Source: an uncultured bacterium (GTDB lineage Bacteria > Zixibacteria > MSB-5A5 > GN15 > FEB-12). From it: 64,000 nucleotides of DNA. Below the pieces are notes generated by a model that worked only from the letters and a program-made list of their open reading frames with translations, was not told the origin of the DNA and did no database searches. This document shows, piece by piece, positions 55,685 through 64,000 of the stretch. The translations under genes were made by a program, and so were the position numbers. Numbering within the stretch: position 1 is the first letter of the stretch; each line of letters opens with the position of its first letter. The stretch covers positions 8,734-72,733 of the forward strand of contig CBFDBU010000010.1 in the NCBI GenBank assembly GCA_965603125.1, given 5' to 3'.

Positions 55685-56338
55685 TCACCTTGAAAGCCCA
55701 TGCACCATCTTCACGAGGGCGGCGCGGTCGGGGGCCCGGAAAAAGGCGGTGCCCATCACGAGTATGTCCGCTCCCGCCGATATCACACGCGACGCGTTGC
55801 CTGTGTCCACCCCGCCATCGACCAATATCCGGGTAGACAGGTCGGACCTGTCTATCGCCATGCGGGCAGCGGTGATCTTGGGCAAAACCGAGTCTATGAA
55901 ACGCTGCCCGCCGAATCCGGGAAAGACCGACATCACGAGCAAGAAGTCGAAATCCGCCAGATATGGCAATACCGCCTCCACAGGCGTGTCCGGATTCAAC
56001 GAGATACCGCTCCTGACTCCAAGCGCCTTGATCTTTCTGGCGTACTCAACAGGATGAGGGTGCACCTCGATGTGGAATGTGACAGCGTCCGCGCCCGCCT
56101 TGACAAACGGTTCGACGTGCTTTTCCGGCTGAGACAGCATGAGGTGTACATCCAGGAAAAGGTCTGTCTCGAGGCTGATGGCCTCAACGACAGCCGGCCC
56201 AAACGATATATTCGGCACGAAGTGACCATCCATGATATCCAGGTGAAGCATGTCCGCTCCGACCGAGGCGGCGCTGGACACTTCATCGGCAAGGTGAGCG
56301 AAATCCGCCCCCAGAACTGACGGCGCAATCTTGGCCAT
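55685..56338 (-). CDS. rpe: ribulose-phosphate 3-epimerase
   Basis: MAKIAPSVLGADFAHLADEV....GADMLHLDIMDGHFVPNISFGP....VHLM is the classic Rpe signature. The start is taken at ATG 56338. Confidence 0.9.
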   Translation of the reverse strand: MAKIAPSVLGADFAHLADEVSSAASVGADMLHLDIMDGHFVPNISFGPAVVEAISLETDLFLDVHLMLSQPEKHVEPFVKAGADAVTFHIEVHPHPVEYARKIKALGVRSGISLNPDTPVEAVLPYLADFDFLLVMSVFPGFGGQRFIDSVLPKITAARMAIDRSDLSTRILVDGGVDTGNASRVISAGADILVMGTAFFRAPDRAALVKMVHGLSR

Positions 56339-56395
56339 AGCTGGAAGATCGTCAATATCGGCAGACAACGCAATCAAAAAGGGGGTGGCAATCTT

Positions 56396-57400
56396 CTACC
56401 GGACGGATTCCTGGTTGGCCAGTACGATCTGCGCGTTGCGCCGGAGGCCCTCCAACTTGGGACGGGTGAGCGACGTTCCCGCGGTGAGTCTGAGAAACTC
56501 TTCTTTTGTCCGAAGGTTCAGTATCTGTTTTGCGTCTATGAATTCTCCCGGGCCGCTGTGCGGCAGAAGCGCGGCGTGGCTGGTCATCTCCTCCGCATTC
56601 TCGTTTAGCGGACAGACCTCCTGGCAAATGTCGCAGCCGAAGATCCGGTTTCCCATCCGGCCGGCAAACTCGTCCGGTATCTGCGAGCGGCGCTCGATTG
56701 TCCAGTAGGAAAGACACCGCCGCGAATCTATCGTCTTCTCATCAACGATGGCTCCCGCGGGACAAGCATCGATGCAGCGGCGACAGGTACCGCAGCGGCC
56801 GTGATCGCCGGGCCGGACGTGGTCCGGTTCCAGTTCGAGCGAGGTCACGATTTCCGCAAGGATAATCCATGATCCAAACTGCCGGTTTATCAGCATGCCG
56901 TTCTTGCCGATGAACCCCAGCCCCGCTTTCTCGGCATAGGCCCGCTCGAGAAAAGGCCCGTAGTCCACCCACCACTTGAACCGCCCAGCCGTGTCGGGCC
57001 GCCTCACAACCTCTCTGTTCATCTCGTACCGGATGCGCCTGATCAGGCTCTCGGTCATGCGCCCGACCACCTTGTGGTAATCTCTGCCACGGGCGTGACG
57101 GGACACTCGTCCACACCCGGCGGGCGACTCCGGGGAGTTCGGAAGGTAATAGTTGACGCCGAGCATGATAATCGACCGCACGTCATCCATCAACGTCGAT
57201 GGGTCTTCACGCCTCTCGGCGGAGGTCGCCATCCAATCCATGTCGGCATGGTAACCCGCGGCCAACCACCGGTGGTATTGCTCCACGGCGTCAGGAATGA
57301 CATCCGCTACAGTGATCCCGCAGAGGTCGAACCCAGTTTCGGCAGCCAGGCGCTTTATGTCGGACGATGTAATCATGGCGCTAACAAGCTGTCTAAACAC
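56396..57400 (-). CDS. queG: tRNA epoxyqueuosine(34) reductase
   Basis: 334 aa with the ferredoxin motifs CGTCRRCIDACPAGAI and CDICQEVCPLN, followed by C-terminal HEAT-like repeats. Confidence 0.85.
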   Translation of the reverse strand: MFRQLVSAMITSSDIKRLAAETGFDLCGITVADVIPDAVEQYHRWLAAGYHADMDWMATSAERREDPSTLMDDVRSIIMLGVNYYLPNSPESPAGCGRVSRHARGRDYHKVVGRMTESLIRRIRYEMNREVVRRPDTAGRFKWWVDYGPFLERAYAEKAGLGFIGKNGMLINRQFGSWIILAEIVTSLELEPDHVRPGDHGRCGTCRRCIDACPAGAIVDEKTIDSRRCLSYWTIERRSQIPDEFAGRMGNRIFGCDICQEVCPLNENAEEMTSHAALLPHSGPGEFIDAKQILNLRTKEEFLRLTAGTSLTRPKLEGLRRNAQIVLANQESVR

Positions 57401-57745
57401 GATTCAGTCGATAGAGATAATGACCCTTCGGTATCAGGCTCTCCAACGGCGGGAGGAGCGTCATTCCCTCCCGATATTGCTCTCGTCTTGTTGGCATAAC
57501 CACAATCAACACTATTCAACGCTGACCTAAACAACTTTTTCAACAAGCCCAAAAGCGGGAATGACCTAGAGGCTCAGAGATGACCTGTAATGGAAGGCGG
57601 TTGCTGTCTTGCATTCTGTCCCGAGCTTTTCAACAGCTTGGTAGTGCTTTTTGTGCATCCCCAGTGCTGTTTCTGGTTGCTCTGCCGTCCACATGGCGGA
57701 TATATTAGATCAATAGATTCGATCAGCCGTTCAAGGACGGGAAAG

Positions 57746-58273
57746 ATGCTGAACAAGGTAGTGCTGTTGACCGCTCTCGTTCTTTTGGCCGGATGCCGTC
57801 CGCATCCGCGTTACCGAGCCGACGCCGAAGGACAACCTGCCGGACAGATGCGGCAGAACGTCCGGTACACCACCAATGATTACATCCGTCTCGGCGGCAT
57901 CATGCAGAGCTACCTGGGTAAGCCGTACGCCGGCAGATCACAATACGAGGAAGGCGTCGACTGCTCGGCCTTCACCAGGGCGGTCTTCAGGGAGTTTGAC
58001 GGAACGTTGATTCCTCGCATGGTGTCGCAGCAGTTCCAGAGCGGGCGGCATCTTTCCCGCAGCCAGGTCGGCTATGGCGACCTGGTGTTCTTCCGTTCCG
58101 GCAGCGGCGGGGTCTCCCATGTCGGCATATATGTCGGGTTTGATCAGTTCATCCATGTTTCCTCATCCCGGGGAGTTATTATCAACAGCATGAATGAAAA
58201 GCACTGGAGCCGGCGTTTTGTCGGCGCTCGTCGCGTTCTGGTCGGAGATCAAGCAGAGGAAAGGCGGCCCTGA
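57746..58273 (+). CDS. NlpC/P60-family lipoprotein peptidase
   Basis: The start is taken at MLNKVVLLTALVLLAGC (lipobox). The catalytic Cys context is GVDCSAFTRAVF and the His context is SHVGIYVG. It has a 1-nt TGATG overlap with uvrC. Confidence 0.75.
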   Translation: MLNKVVLLTALVLLAGCRPHPRYRADAEGQPAGQMRQNVRYTTNDYIRLGGIMQSYLGKPYAGRSQYEEGVDCSAFTRAVFREFDGTLIPRMVSQQFQSGRHLSRSQVGYGDLVFFRSGSGGVSHVGIYVGFDQFIHVSSSRGVIINSMNEKHWSRRFVGARRVLVGDQAEERRP

Positions 58274-60090
58274 TGACTCCGCAACTGGAACGGAAACTGA
58301 AGAACCTGCCTACCTCACCCGGGGTGTACATGTTCAAGGACGCCGCCGGCAAAATCATATACATCGGCAAGGCAAGAAACCTCAGGAACCGGGTGCGGAC
58401 CTACTTCGGGTCATCGAAGAACCTTGATCGCAAAACACTCCGCATGGTTGCCCGCACGGCTGACGTCGAATTGCTGGTGACCGACTGCGAAGTAGAAGCC
58501 TTGATACTCGAAGCCAACCTTGTCCACGAACACAAACCGCGTTACAACGTTGACCTCAGGGACGACAAGCATTTCCCGTACGTCAAGATCACCACCGCCG
58601 AGCCGTTCCCGCGGGTGCTGATAGTACGACGCCTGGAGAAAGATCGGGCCACGTACTTCGGCCCCTACACCAACGTCAAGGCTATGCGCAGGACGGTGGG
58701 TCTGCTGATGCGTCTTTTCACCATTCGCACCTGCAATCTCACCATTCCCCATCCCTCCGGCAAGGAACAGAAGGTCTGTCTCGACTACTACATCAAGCGC
58801 TGCGGCGCCCCCTGCGAGGGTCTGCAATCCGAAGAGGAGTACCGGGAGTCGGTAGACTCGGTGATTATGGTCCTTTCGGGAAAATCGAAAAAGCTGATAG
58901 AGCAACTGAGTCAGAAAATGCAGGCGGCGTCGGAAGGGATGGAATACGAGGAAGCGGCGCGCAGGCGCGACCAGATCGAGGCCATTCAGTCGACCATGAT
59001 CAAGCAGCACGTGGATGTCGGCGAACTGGTAGACCGCGACATCATCTCCCTTGCGCGCGAAGGCAGGGACGCCGTGGCGGTAGTGATGCAGATTCGCGAG
59101 GGCGTGCTGATCGGGCGTCAGGACTTTCAACTGGCGACGGACATCGACGACAGCGACGAAACAGTGCTGGAAACCTTCCTGCAGCAGTATTACAACCATC
59201 AGCCCAATCTTCCGCAGGAAGTCCACCTGCCTTTCAGCCTGCCGGAAATCGAATTGTTAGGGGAATGGCTCAGGCGTATGAAAGGCTCGAAGGTAGCGGT
59301 GCACACTCCCAAGATCGGGAAGAAAGTGAGGCTTCTCGACCTGGCCGCGTCCAACGCCCGCCTGCTCCTGGATGAGTTGCTGATTCAAAAGCGAGGACAG
59401 GCCGAACGTACCAGCAAGATGGTCACCAGTCTCAAGGATGCCCTGAAGCTGAGCGTTGCGCCACGGAGGATCGCCTGTTTCGATATCTCTAACACCGGCG
59501 AAACCGACGCCGTGGGATCGTGCGTACTGTTCCAGAACGCCCGGCCGAGAAAATCCGAGTACCGTCATTTCAGGATAAAGGGAACGCAGGGACAGGATGA
59601 TTACAAGATGATGCGGGAAGTAATCGGCCGCTATTTCTATCGCATCAGAGAAGACGAGTCTCTCTCCCCTCCGGACCTGGTCGTCGTGGACGGCGGCAAG
59701 GGGCAGTTGTCGTCGGCGCTGGCCGAGATGACGGCGCTGGGGTTTGCCGACCAGCCGGTGATCGGTCTGGCCAAGCGGCTGGAAGAGGTCTTTGTCCCCT
59801 CGGTCTCCGATCCGATAACGATCGACCGCCGCTCACCGGCGTTGATGCTGCTTAAGCAGGTGCGTGACGAGGCGCACCGGTTCGCCGTCACCTACAACCG
59901 CAAGGTCCGCACGAAGCGGACGATCAAATCCGCGCTTGACGGCATCCCCGGCGTCGGCCCGGCGCGGAGGGAACTGCTGCTCAAGGAATTCGGCTCGGTC
60001 AAGCGCATCAAAGAGGCCTCGGTTGAAGAACTCACCCGGCTGAAAGGTATCACTGCGGCCCTGGGGGAGCGGATACTGGAGCATTTGTAG
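58273..60090 (+). CDS. uvrC: excinuclease ABC subunit C
   Basis: 605 aa. The GIY-YIG N-terminus reads PTSPGVYMFKDAAGKIIYIGKARNLRNRVRTYF. It also has a UVR domain, an endonuclease V-like domain, and a C-terminal (HhH)2. Confidence 0.95.
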   Translation: MTPQLERKLKNLPTSPGVYMFKDAAGKIIYIGKARNLRNRVRTYFGSSKNLDRKTLRMVARTADVELLVTDCEVEALILEANLVHEHKPRYNVDLRDDKHFPYVKITTAEPFPRVLIVRRLEKDRATYFGPYTNVKAMRRTVGLLMRLFTIRTCNLTIPHPSGKEQKVCLDYYIKRCGAPCEGLQSEEEYRESVDSVIMVLSGKSKKLIEQLSQKMQAASEGMEYEEAARRRDQIEAIQSTMIKQHVDVGELVDRDIISLAREGRDAVAVVMQIREGVLIGRQDFQLATDIDDSDETVLETFLQQYYNHQPNLPQEVHLPFSLPEIELLGEWLRRMKGSKVAVHTPKIGKKVRLLDLAASNARLLLDELLIQKRGQAERTSKMVTSLKDALKLSVAPRRIACFDISNTGETDAVGSCVLFQNARPRKSEYRHFRIKGTQGQDDYKMMREVIGRYFYRIREDESLSPPDLVVVDGGKGQLSSALAEMTALGFADQPVIGLAKRLEEVFVPSVSDPITIDRRSPALMLLKQVRDEAHRFAVTYNRKVRTKRTIKSALDGIPGVGPARRELLLKEFGSVKRIKEASVEELTRLKGITAALGERILEHL

Positions 60091-60229
60091 GGCGACGCCT
60101 CAGGCGCCTAACACTTCGGCGTCCGTGGTTGCAAGTCACCCCCCGAACTGGGCGAGACACGAGGCGCGCTCCAAACGGCATCCTCCTTTTGTCCTTGCCT
60201 GGACGTCGGCAGCACGAGTATACTGAATC

Positions 60230-61474
60230 ATGTTGAACAGTCCCGAGGTATACACCGTCAGCGCCGTCACGCGCCTGATCAAGCAGCGGCTGGAAGAGTC
60301 GTTTCAGGGCATCTGGATCGAAGGGGAGATATCGAACTACCACCACCATACTTCCGGGCACCGTTACCTGAACCTGAAGGACGACCGCGCCACCATCCGA
60401 GTCACTATCTGGCGTTCCGTCGGCGGCTATCTCAAGTTCGAGCCGGAAGACGGTCAGAAGGTGCTTGCTTATGGTGATATCGCCGTCTACGAAAAGGGCG
60501 GCAACTACCAGTTGAACTGTCGCAAGCTGGTGCCGGTGGGAGTGGGTGAACTGGAGTTGGCTTTCCGCCAACTTCATGAGAAACTTGCCGCCGAGGGGCT
60601 GTTTGACGACGACCGCAAGCAGCCGATTCCCGACTACGCGTGCAGGATCGGCGTGGTTACCTCCCCCACCGGCGCGGCTGTCCGCGACATCATTCAAATC
60701 GCCCGGCGGCGCAACCGCTGTGTTGAGCTTGTTGTCTACGCCACCCAGGTGCAGGGGGACGGCGCCGAGCACACCATTGCCGCCGGAATCGAGTACTTCA
60801 ACAGCCGTTCCGACATCGATGTGATCATCGTCGGGCGCGGCGGCGGCTCTCTGGAAGACCTGTGGCCGTTCAATACCGAAGTCACCGTGCGGGCGGTGGC
60901 CGCATCCGGTATCCCGGTCATCTCGGCGGTGGGGCATGAGGTCGACGTTACGCTCTGTGACCTCGCCGCCGACCTTCGCGCCCCGACACCGTCAGCGGCG
61001 GCCGAGTTGGCTGTCTGGTCGCAGCGGGAATACGTCGAGTTGGTCGACCAGGCCGTCAGCCGCCAAGCGACGGTGCTTCGGAACCTCGTCCAAAGCGCCC
61101 GACAGGAGTTGCTCGGTCTGCTCAATCGGCCTGTATTCGCTCGGCCCCGCGACCTGGTTTTCCAGCGCCGGCAGTACCTCGACCAGTTACTGCGCTCGCT
61201 GGTCTCGGTCGGGAAAAACAGCTTTGAAAAGCACCGAAACCGCTTATCTTTATCGGTGGCCCGGCTGGAGACGTTGTCTCCGTTGAAGATACTGGCCCGT
61301 GGTTACTCTGTCAGCCGCCGCCTGCCGGATCGTAGGGTGATCGGTAAAGTGGAAGATATCGAACCGGGCGACAGGATGGAAACGGTTCTCACCGACGGTC
61401 AGGTTCTGTCGGTAGTGGAAAAGATAAGGGGAAAGAACACTGATGCCGTCCGCAAAGAAGTACAAGAACTTTGA
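60230..61474 (+). CDS. xseA: exodeoxyribonuclease VII large subunit
   Basis: 414 aa with an OB-fold N-terminus (YTVSAVTRLIKQRLEESFQGIWIEGEISNY), then IGVVTSPTGAAVRDI and GRGGGSLEDLWPFN. Confidence 0.9.
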   Translation: MLNSPEVYTVSAVTRLIKQRLEESFQGIWIEGEISNYHHHTSGHRYLNLKDDRATIRVTIWRSVGGYLKFEPEDGQKVLAYGDIAVYEKGGNYQLNCRKLVPVGVGELELAFRQLHEKLAAEGLFDDDRKQPIPDYACRIGVVTSPTGAAVRDIIQIARRRNRCVELVVYATQVQGDGAEHTIAAGIEYFNSRSDIDVIIVGRGGGSLEDLWPFNTEVTVRAVAASGIPVISAVGHEVDVTLCDLAADLRAPTPSAAAELAVWSQREYVELVDQAVSRQATVLRNLVQSARQELLGLLNRPVFARPRDLVFQRRQYLDQLLRSLVSVGKNSFEKHRNRLSLSVARLETLSPLKILARGYSVSRRLPDRRVIGKVEDIEPGDRMETVLTDGQVLSVVEKIRGKNTDAVRKEVQEL

Positions 61475-61688
61475 GTCGGCGTTAGCTCGACTGGATGAGA
61501 TAACCTCGTTGCTGGAATCCGGCGAGGCGTCTTTGGAGGACTCCATCGATCTGTACAGTGAGGGTCTCGAAATCGCCCGTGAGTGCCACAAGAAGCTGGA
61601 AGCCGCCGACAAGAAAATCAAGTTAGTGGCCAAGAACACCGGTGTACCGGTCGAGGAGGATTTCGATGAAGAGGGAGTTGACGATTGA
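61443..61688 (+). CDS. xseB: exodeoxyribonuclease VII small subunit
   Basis: 81 aa with FESALARLDEITSLLESGEASLEDSIDLYSEGLEIARECHKKLEAA. It overlaps the xseA 3' end. Confidence 0.85.
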   Translation: MPSAKKYKNFESALARLDEITSLLESGEASLEDSIDLYSEGLEIARECHKKLEAADKKIKLVAKNTGVPVEEDFDEEGVDD

Positions 61689-62572
61689 TGCCCGCCCGGG
61701 CCGTTGACGGCGAGCTCTTTCTGCAGCAAGGCCGGCGTCTGGTGGACGGCCTTCTGGATCGTTATCTGCCCCCGGAGACCACCGAGCCGAGACGGCTCCA
61801 CGCCGCCATGCGTTATTCAGTAATGGCGGGCGGAAAACGGCTACGGCCTTTGCTTTCACTGGCCTCCTACGAGTACTGCGGGGGAGTGTCCGAAGGCGAG
61901 GACCTGCCCATCCACCACGCTATGGCGGCTCTCGAAATGGTGCATACGTACTCGCTGATTCACGACGACCTGCCGTGCATGGACGATGATGACCTTCGCC
62001 GCGGAATCCCCACCTGTCACAGGAAGTTCGACGAGGCCACCGCCGTTCTGGCCGGTGATGCGTTGCACGATATCGCCTTTGGGCTTCTGGCCCGCGCCGG
62101 TTCCACGGAGGCGGTAGCCGAACTTGCCTGCGCGATAGGCACCGAGGGGATGTTGGGTGGGCAGATGGCCGACGTTCAGGCCGAGGGTCGCCGGGTAAGC
62201 CGGGAAGAAGTGATCGGTATTCACCGCCGTAAGACCGGTGCCCTGATTCGCGGCGCCGTTCGGATCGGCGCTATCCTGGCCGGCGCTGAGAGAGACCTGA
62301 TAACCCCCCTGACTACTTACGGGGAGAAAATCGGGCTTGCCTTTCAGATTGTTGACGATATCCTGGACATTGCCGGAGATCAGCATCTGTTGGGAAAGGA
62401 AGTCGGGTCGGATAGTAAAAGGCAGAAGGCCACTTATCCCGCAGCGGTGGGTTTACAGACGGCCCGTGACGACGTGCGCCGCCTTGTCGACGAGGCGCTG
62501 GCCGTGTTTGACGAATCGCATGAGAATATGCTCAAGTACCTTGCAGAGTTCATTGGCCGACGGCAAAATTGA
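61685..62572 (+). CDS. ispA: (2E,6E)-farnesyl/geranylgeranyl diphosphate synthase (polyprenyl synthetase family)
   Basis: 295 aa with the first Asp-rich motif LIHDDLPCMDDDDLRRG and the second FQIVDDILD. Confidence 0.85.
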   Translation: MMPARAVDGELFLQQGRRLVDGLLDRYLPPETTEPRRLHAAMRYSVMAGGKRLRPLLSLASYEYCGGVSEGEDLPIHHAMAALEMVHTYSLIHDDLPCMDDDDLRRGIPTCHRKFDEATAVLAGDALHDIAFGLLARAGSTEAVAELACAIGTEGMLGGQMADVQAEGRRVSREEVIGIHRRKTGALIRGAVRIGAILAGAERDLITPLTTYGEKIGLAFQIVDDILDIAGDQHLLGKEVGSDSKRQKATYPAAVGLQTARDDVRRLVDEALAVFDESHENMLKYLAEFIGRRQN

Positions 62573-62592
62573 CCGGCGGCGGTTGTTAACAA

Positions 62593-64000
62593 ATGAAGTA
62601 CCTCTCCAAAATAGACTCTCCCGGTGATCTGAAGACGCTCTCGGAAGAGGAACTGGCCGAGCTGTCGGAGGAAATCCGGCGCGAAATCATCTCGGCCATT
62701 TCCCACACCGGAGGTCATCTGGCCACGAACTTAGGCGCGGTGGAACTGACGGTCGCTCTGCACTACGTGTTCGACTCACCGTCGGACAAGCTCATCTGGG
62801 ATGTCAGCCATCAGTCGTACGCTCATAAGCTGCTGACCGGACGGCGCGACAGTTTTCACACTCTTCGTCAGCACGGCGGACTGTCCGGTTTTACCAAGCG
62901 TTCCGAATCGGACTGCGACCCGTTCGGCGCCGGGCACGCCTCGACCTCGATATCGGCCGCGCTCGGTTTCGCGGCGGCCCGCGACAACGCCGGCCTGGAC
63001 TACAAGGTAGTGGCGATTATCGGTGACGGTTCTCTGACAGGCGGGCTGGCCTTTGAAGGCATGAACAACGCCGGTTCCTCGAAAAAGGACCTGCTGGTTG
63101 TTCTCAACGACAACACCTGGTCAATCTCCAAGAACGTCGGCGCCATATCGAAGTACCTGACCAATATCATGTCCTATGAGAAGTTCAACAGGCTGCGCGA
63201 TGAAATCTGGGAGCTGACCGGAAGATTCAAGCGGCGCGACAAGATAAGAGAGACCATCGCCAAGATCGAGAAGTCGGTCAAAGGTCTGCTGGTGCCCGGC
63301 ATGCTTTTCCAGAACTTCGGGTTTCGCTACTTCGGGCCGATAGACGGTCACGATCTGCCGCTGGTGATCAAGACGCTGCAAAGGCTCAAAAATCTACAGG
63401 GACCCATCATGCTCCACGTGGCCACCGTCAAAGGTAAAGGCTACGAGCCCGCCGAGGGCGACCCCACTCGCTATCATGGGGTGGGCAGGTTTGATAAGGT
63501 CACCGGCAAGCTGGCCAACAAATCGTCAGGCAGGCCAAGCTACACAGCGGTCTTCTCCGATACAATGGTTGAGCTTGGCCGCAGAGATAACCGCGTCATT
63601 GCCGTCACGGCGGCAATGGCCACCGGCACCGGGCTGGACAAGTTCGCAGATGAATTCCCGGAGCGCTTCTTTGATGTCGGTATCGCCGAAGCGCATGCCG
63701 GCTGTTTTGCCGCTGGTCTGGCTGCGGCCGGGGCCAGGCCGTATGTGGCCGTGTATTCGACCTTCATGCAAAGGGCGTACGATCAGATCATTCATGATAT
63801 CGCTCTTCAGGAGTTGCCGGTGGTTTTCTGCATAGACCGCGCCGGACTGGTCGGCGAGGACGGTCCTACTCACCACGGCGCTTTTGACCTGTCGTATCTG
63901 GGTAATGTCCCCAACTTGACGGTTGCGGCCCCCGCGGATGGGAACGAACTGCGTTCCCTGCTGCTCTACACTATCGATCATGGACTGCCCGGACCGGTAG
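62593..64000 (+). CDS. dxs: 1-deoxy-D-xylulose-5-phosphate synthase (3' end beyond the window)
   Basis: My own translation from ATG 62593 reads MKYLSKIDSPGDLKTLSEEELAELSEEIRREIISAISHTGGHLATNLGAVELTVALHYVFDSPSDKLIWDVSHQSYAHKLLTGRRD... It is open to the window edge, so it is absent from the ORF track. The xseB-ispA-dxs gene order is classic. Confidence 0.9.
   Translation, partial: MKYLSKIDSPGDLKTLSEEELAELSEEIRREIISAISHTGGHLATNLGAVELTVALHYVFDSPSDKLIWDVSHQSYAHKLLTGRRDSFHTLRQHGGLSGFTKRSESDCDPFGAGHASTSISAALGFAAARDNAGLDYKVVAIIGDGSLTGGLAFEGMNNAGSSKKDLLVVLNDNTWSISKNVGAISKYLTNIMSYEKFNRLRDEIWELTGRFKRRDKIRETIAKIEKSVKGLLVPGMLFQNFGFRYFGPIDGHDLPLVIKTLQRLKNLQGPIMLHVATVKGKGYEPAEGDPTRYHGVGRFDKVTGKLANKSSGRPSYTAVFSDTMVELGRRDNRVIAVTAAMATGTGLDKFADEFPERFFDVGIAEAHAGCFAAGLAAAGARPYVAVYSTFMQRAYDQIIHDIALQELPVVFCIDRAGLVGEDGPTHHGAFDLSYLGNVPNLTVAAPADGNELRSLLLYTIDHGLPGPV

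Noticed and set aside
60050-60937. A 295-aa minus-strand ORF overlapping the uvrC end, the intergenic region and xseA.
   Set aside because: It is antisense to the clearly recognisable xseA. Its product is Arg/Gly/Pro-rich and low-complexity, with no family motif.
1-64000. I looked for CRISPR arrays, rRNA genes, integrase/recombinase genes, reverse transcriptases and prophage structural genes.
   Set aside because: I saw no regularly spaced short direct repeats, no rRNA-like sequence, and no tyrosine/serine recombinase or RT motifs in any listed ORF. The only recombination enzymes are the three transposases or remnants reported above.

Overview
This is a 64-kb chromosomal window with a high-GC background. 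Hand counts of single 60-nt lines give about 36/60 GC in housekeeping genes (13081-13140). I would place the organism in the FCB superphylum, as an uncultivated-type lineage. That placement is an inference from a compact 284-aa primary-type sigma-70, a T9SS C-terminal sorting domain, and 'GDVNGD..DLVYLVDYMF' dockerin-like tails. I can support about 45 protein genes and 3 tRNAs (Leu-CAG, Gly-TCC, Gln-CTG, all on the minus strand). There is also one intact IS630-family element with a TA duplication, two transposase wrecks, one cysteine-synthase stub and several intrinsic terminators. No rRNA or CRISPR array was seen. Housekeeping blocks are sixA, tex, an rpoD-like sigma, htrA, holA, nfnAB-like genes, thiamine pyrophosphokinase, glk, rpe, queG, uvrC, and xseA-xseB-ispA-dxs. 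Accessory content: (1) At 33.3-51.9 kb, four same-strand genes occupy 18.6 kb. They encode two giant secreted proteins (1765 and 2355 aa) with dockerin-like twin tails, a 1483-aa six-PAS histidine kinase whose periplasmic domain carries FG-GAP-like motifs, and a sigma54-dependent response regulator. No cohesin is visible. This is my best candidate for an undescribed system. (2) At 4.1-6.9 kb, a low-GC sulfur island sits next to tRNA-Leu. It encodes TusA, YeeE and a triple-rhodanese lipoprotein that ends in a SoxY-like ...GCGG-COOH tail. (3) An exosortase/EpsI/UbiA-type phosphoribosyltransferase/lipoprotein operon lies beside a T9SS-tagged FG-GAP protein. (4) A low-GC islet near tRNA-Gly carries a wHTH-nucleotidyltransferase/HEPN-like pair plus a GIY-YIG nuclease. 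(5) Nested IS debris abuts tRNA-Gln. (6) An IS630 insertion clips the 3' end of a LiaF-like gene. All family assignments come from motif reading by eye; no database search was run.
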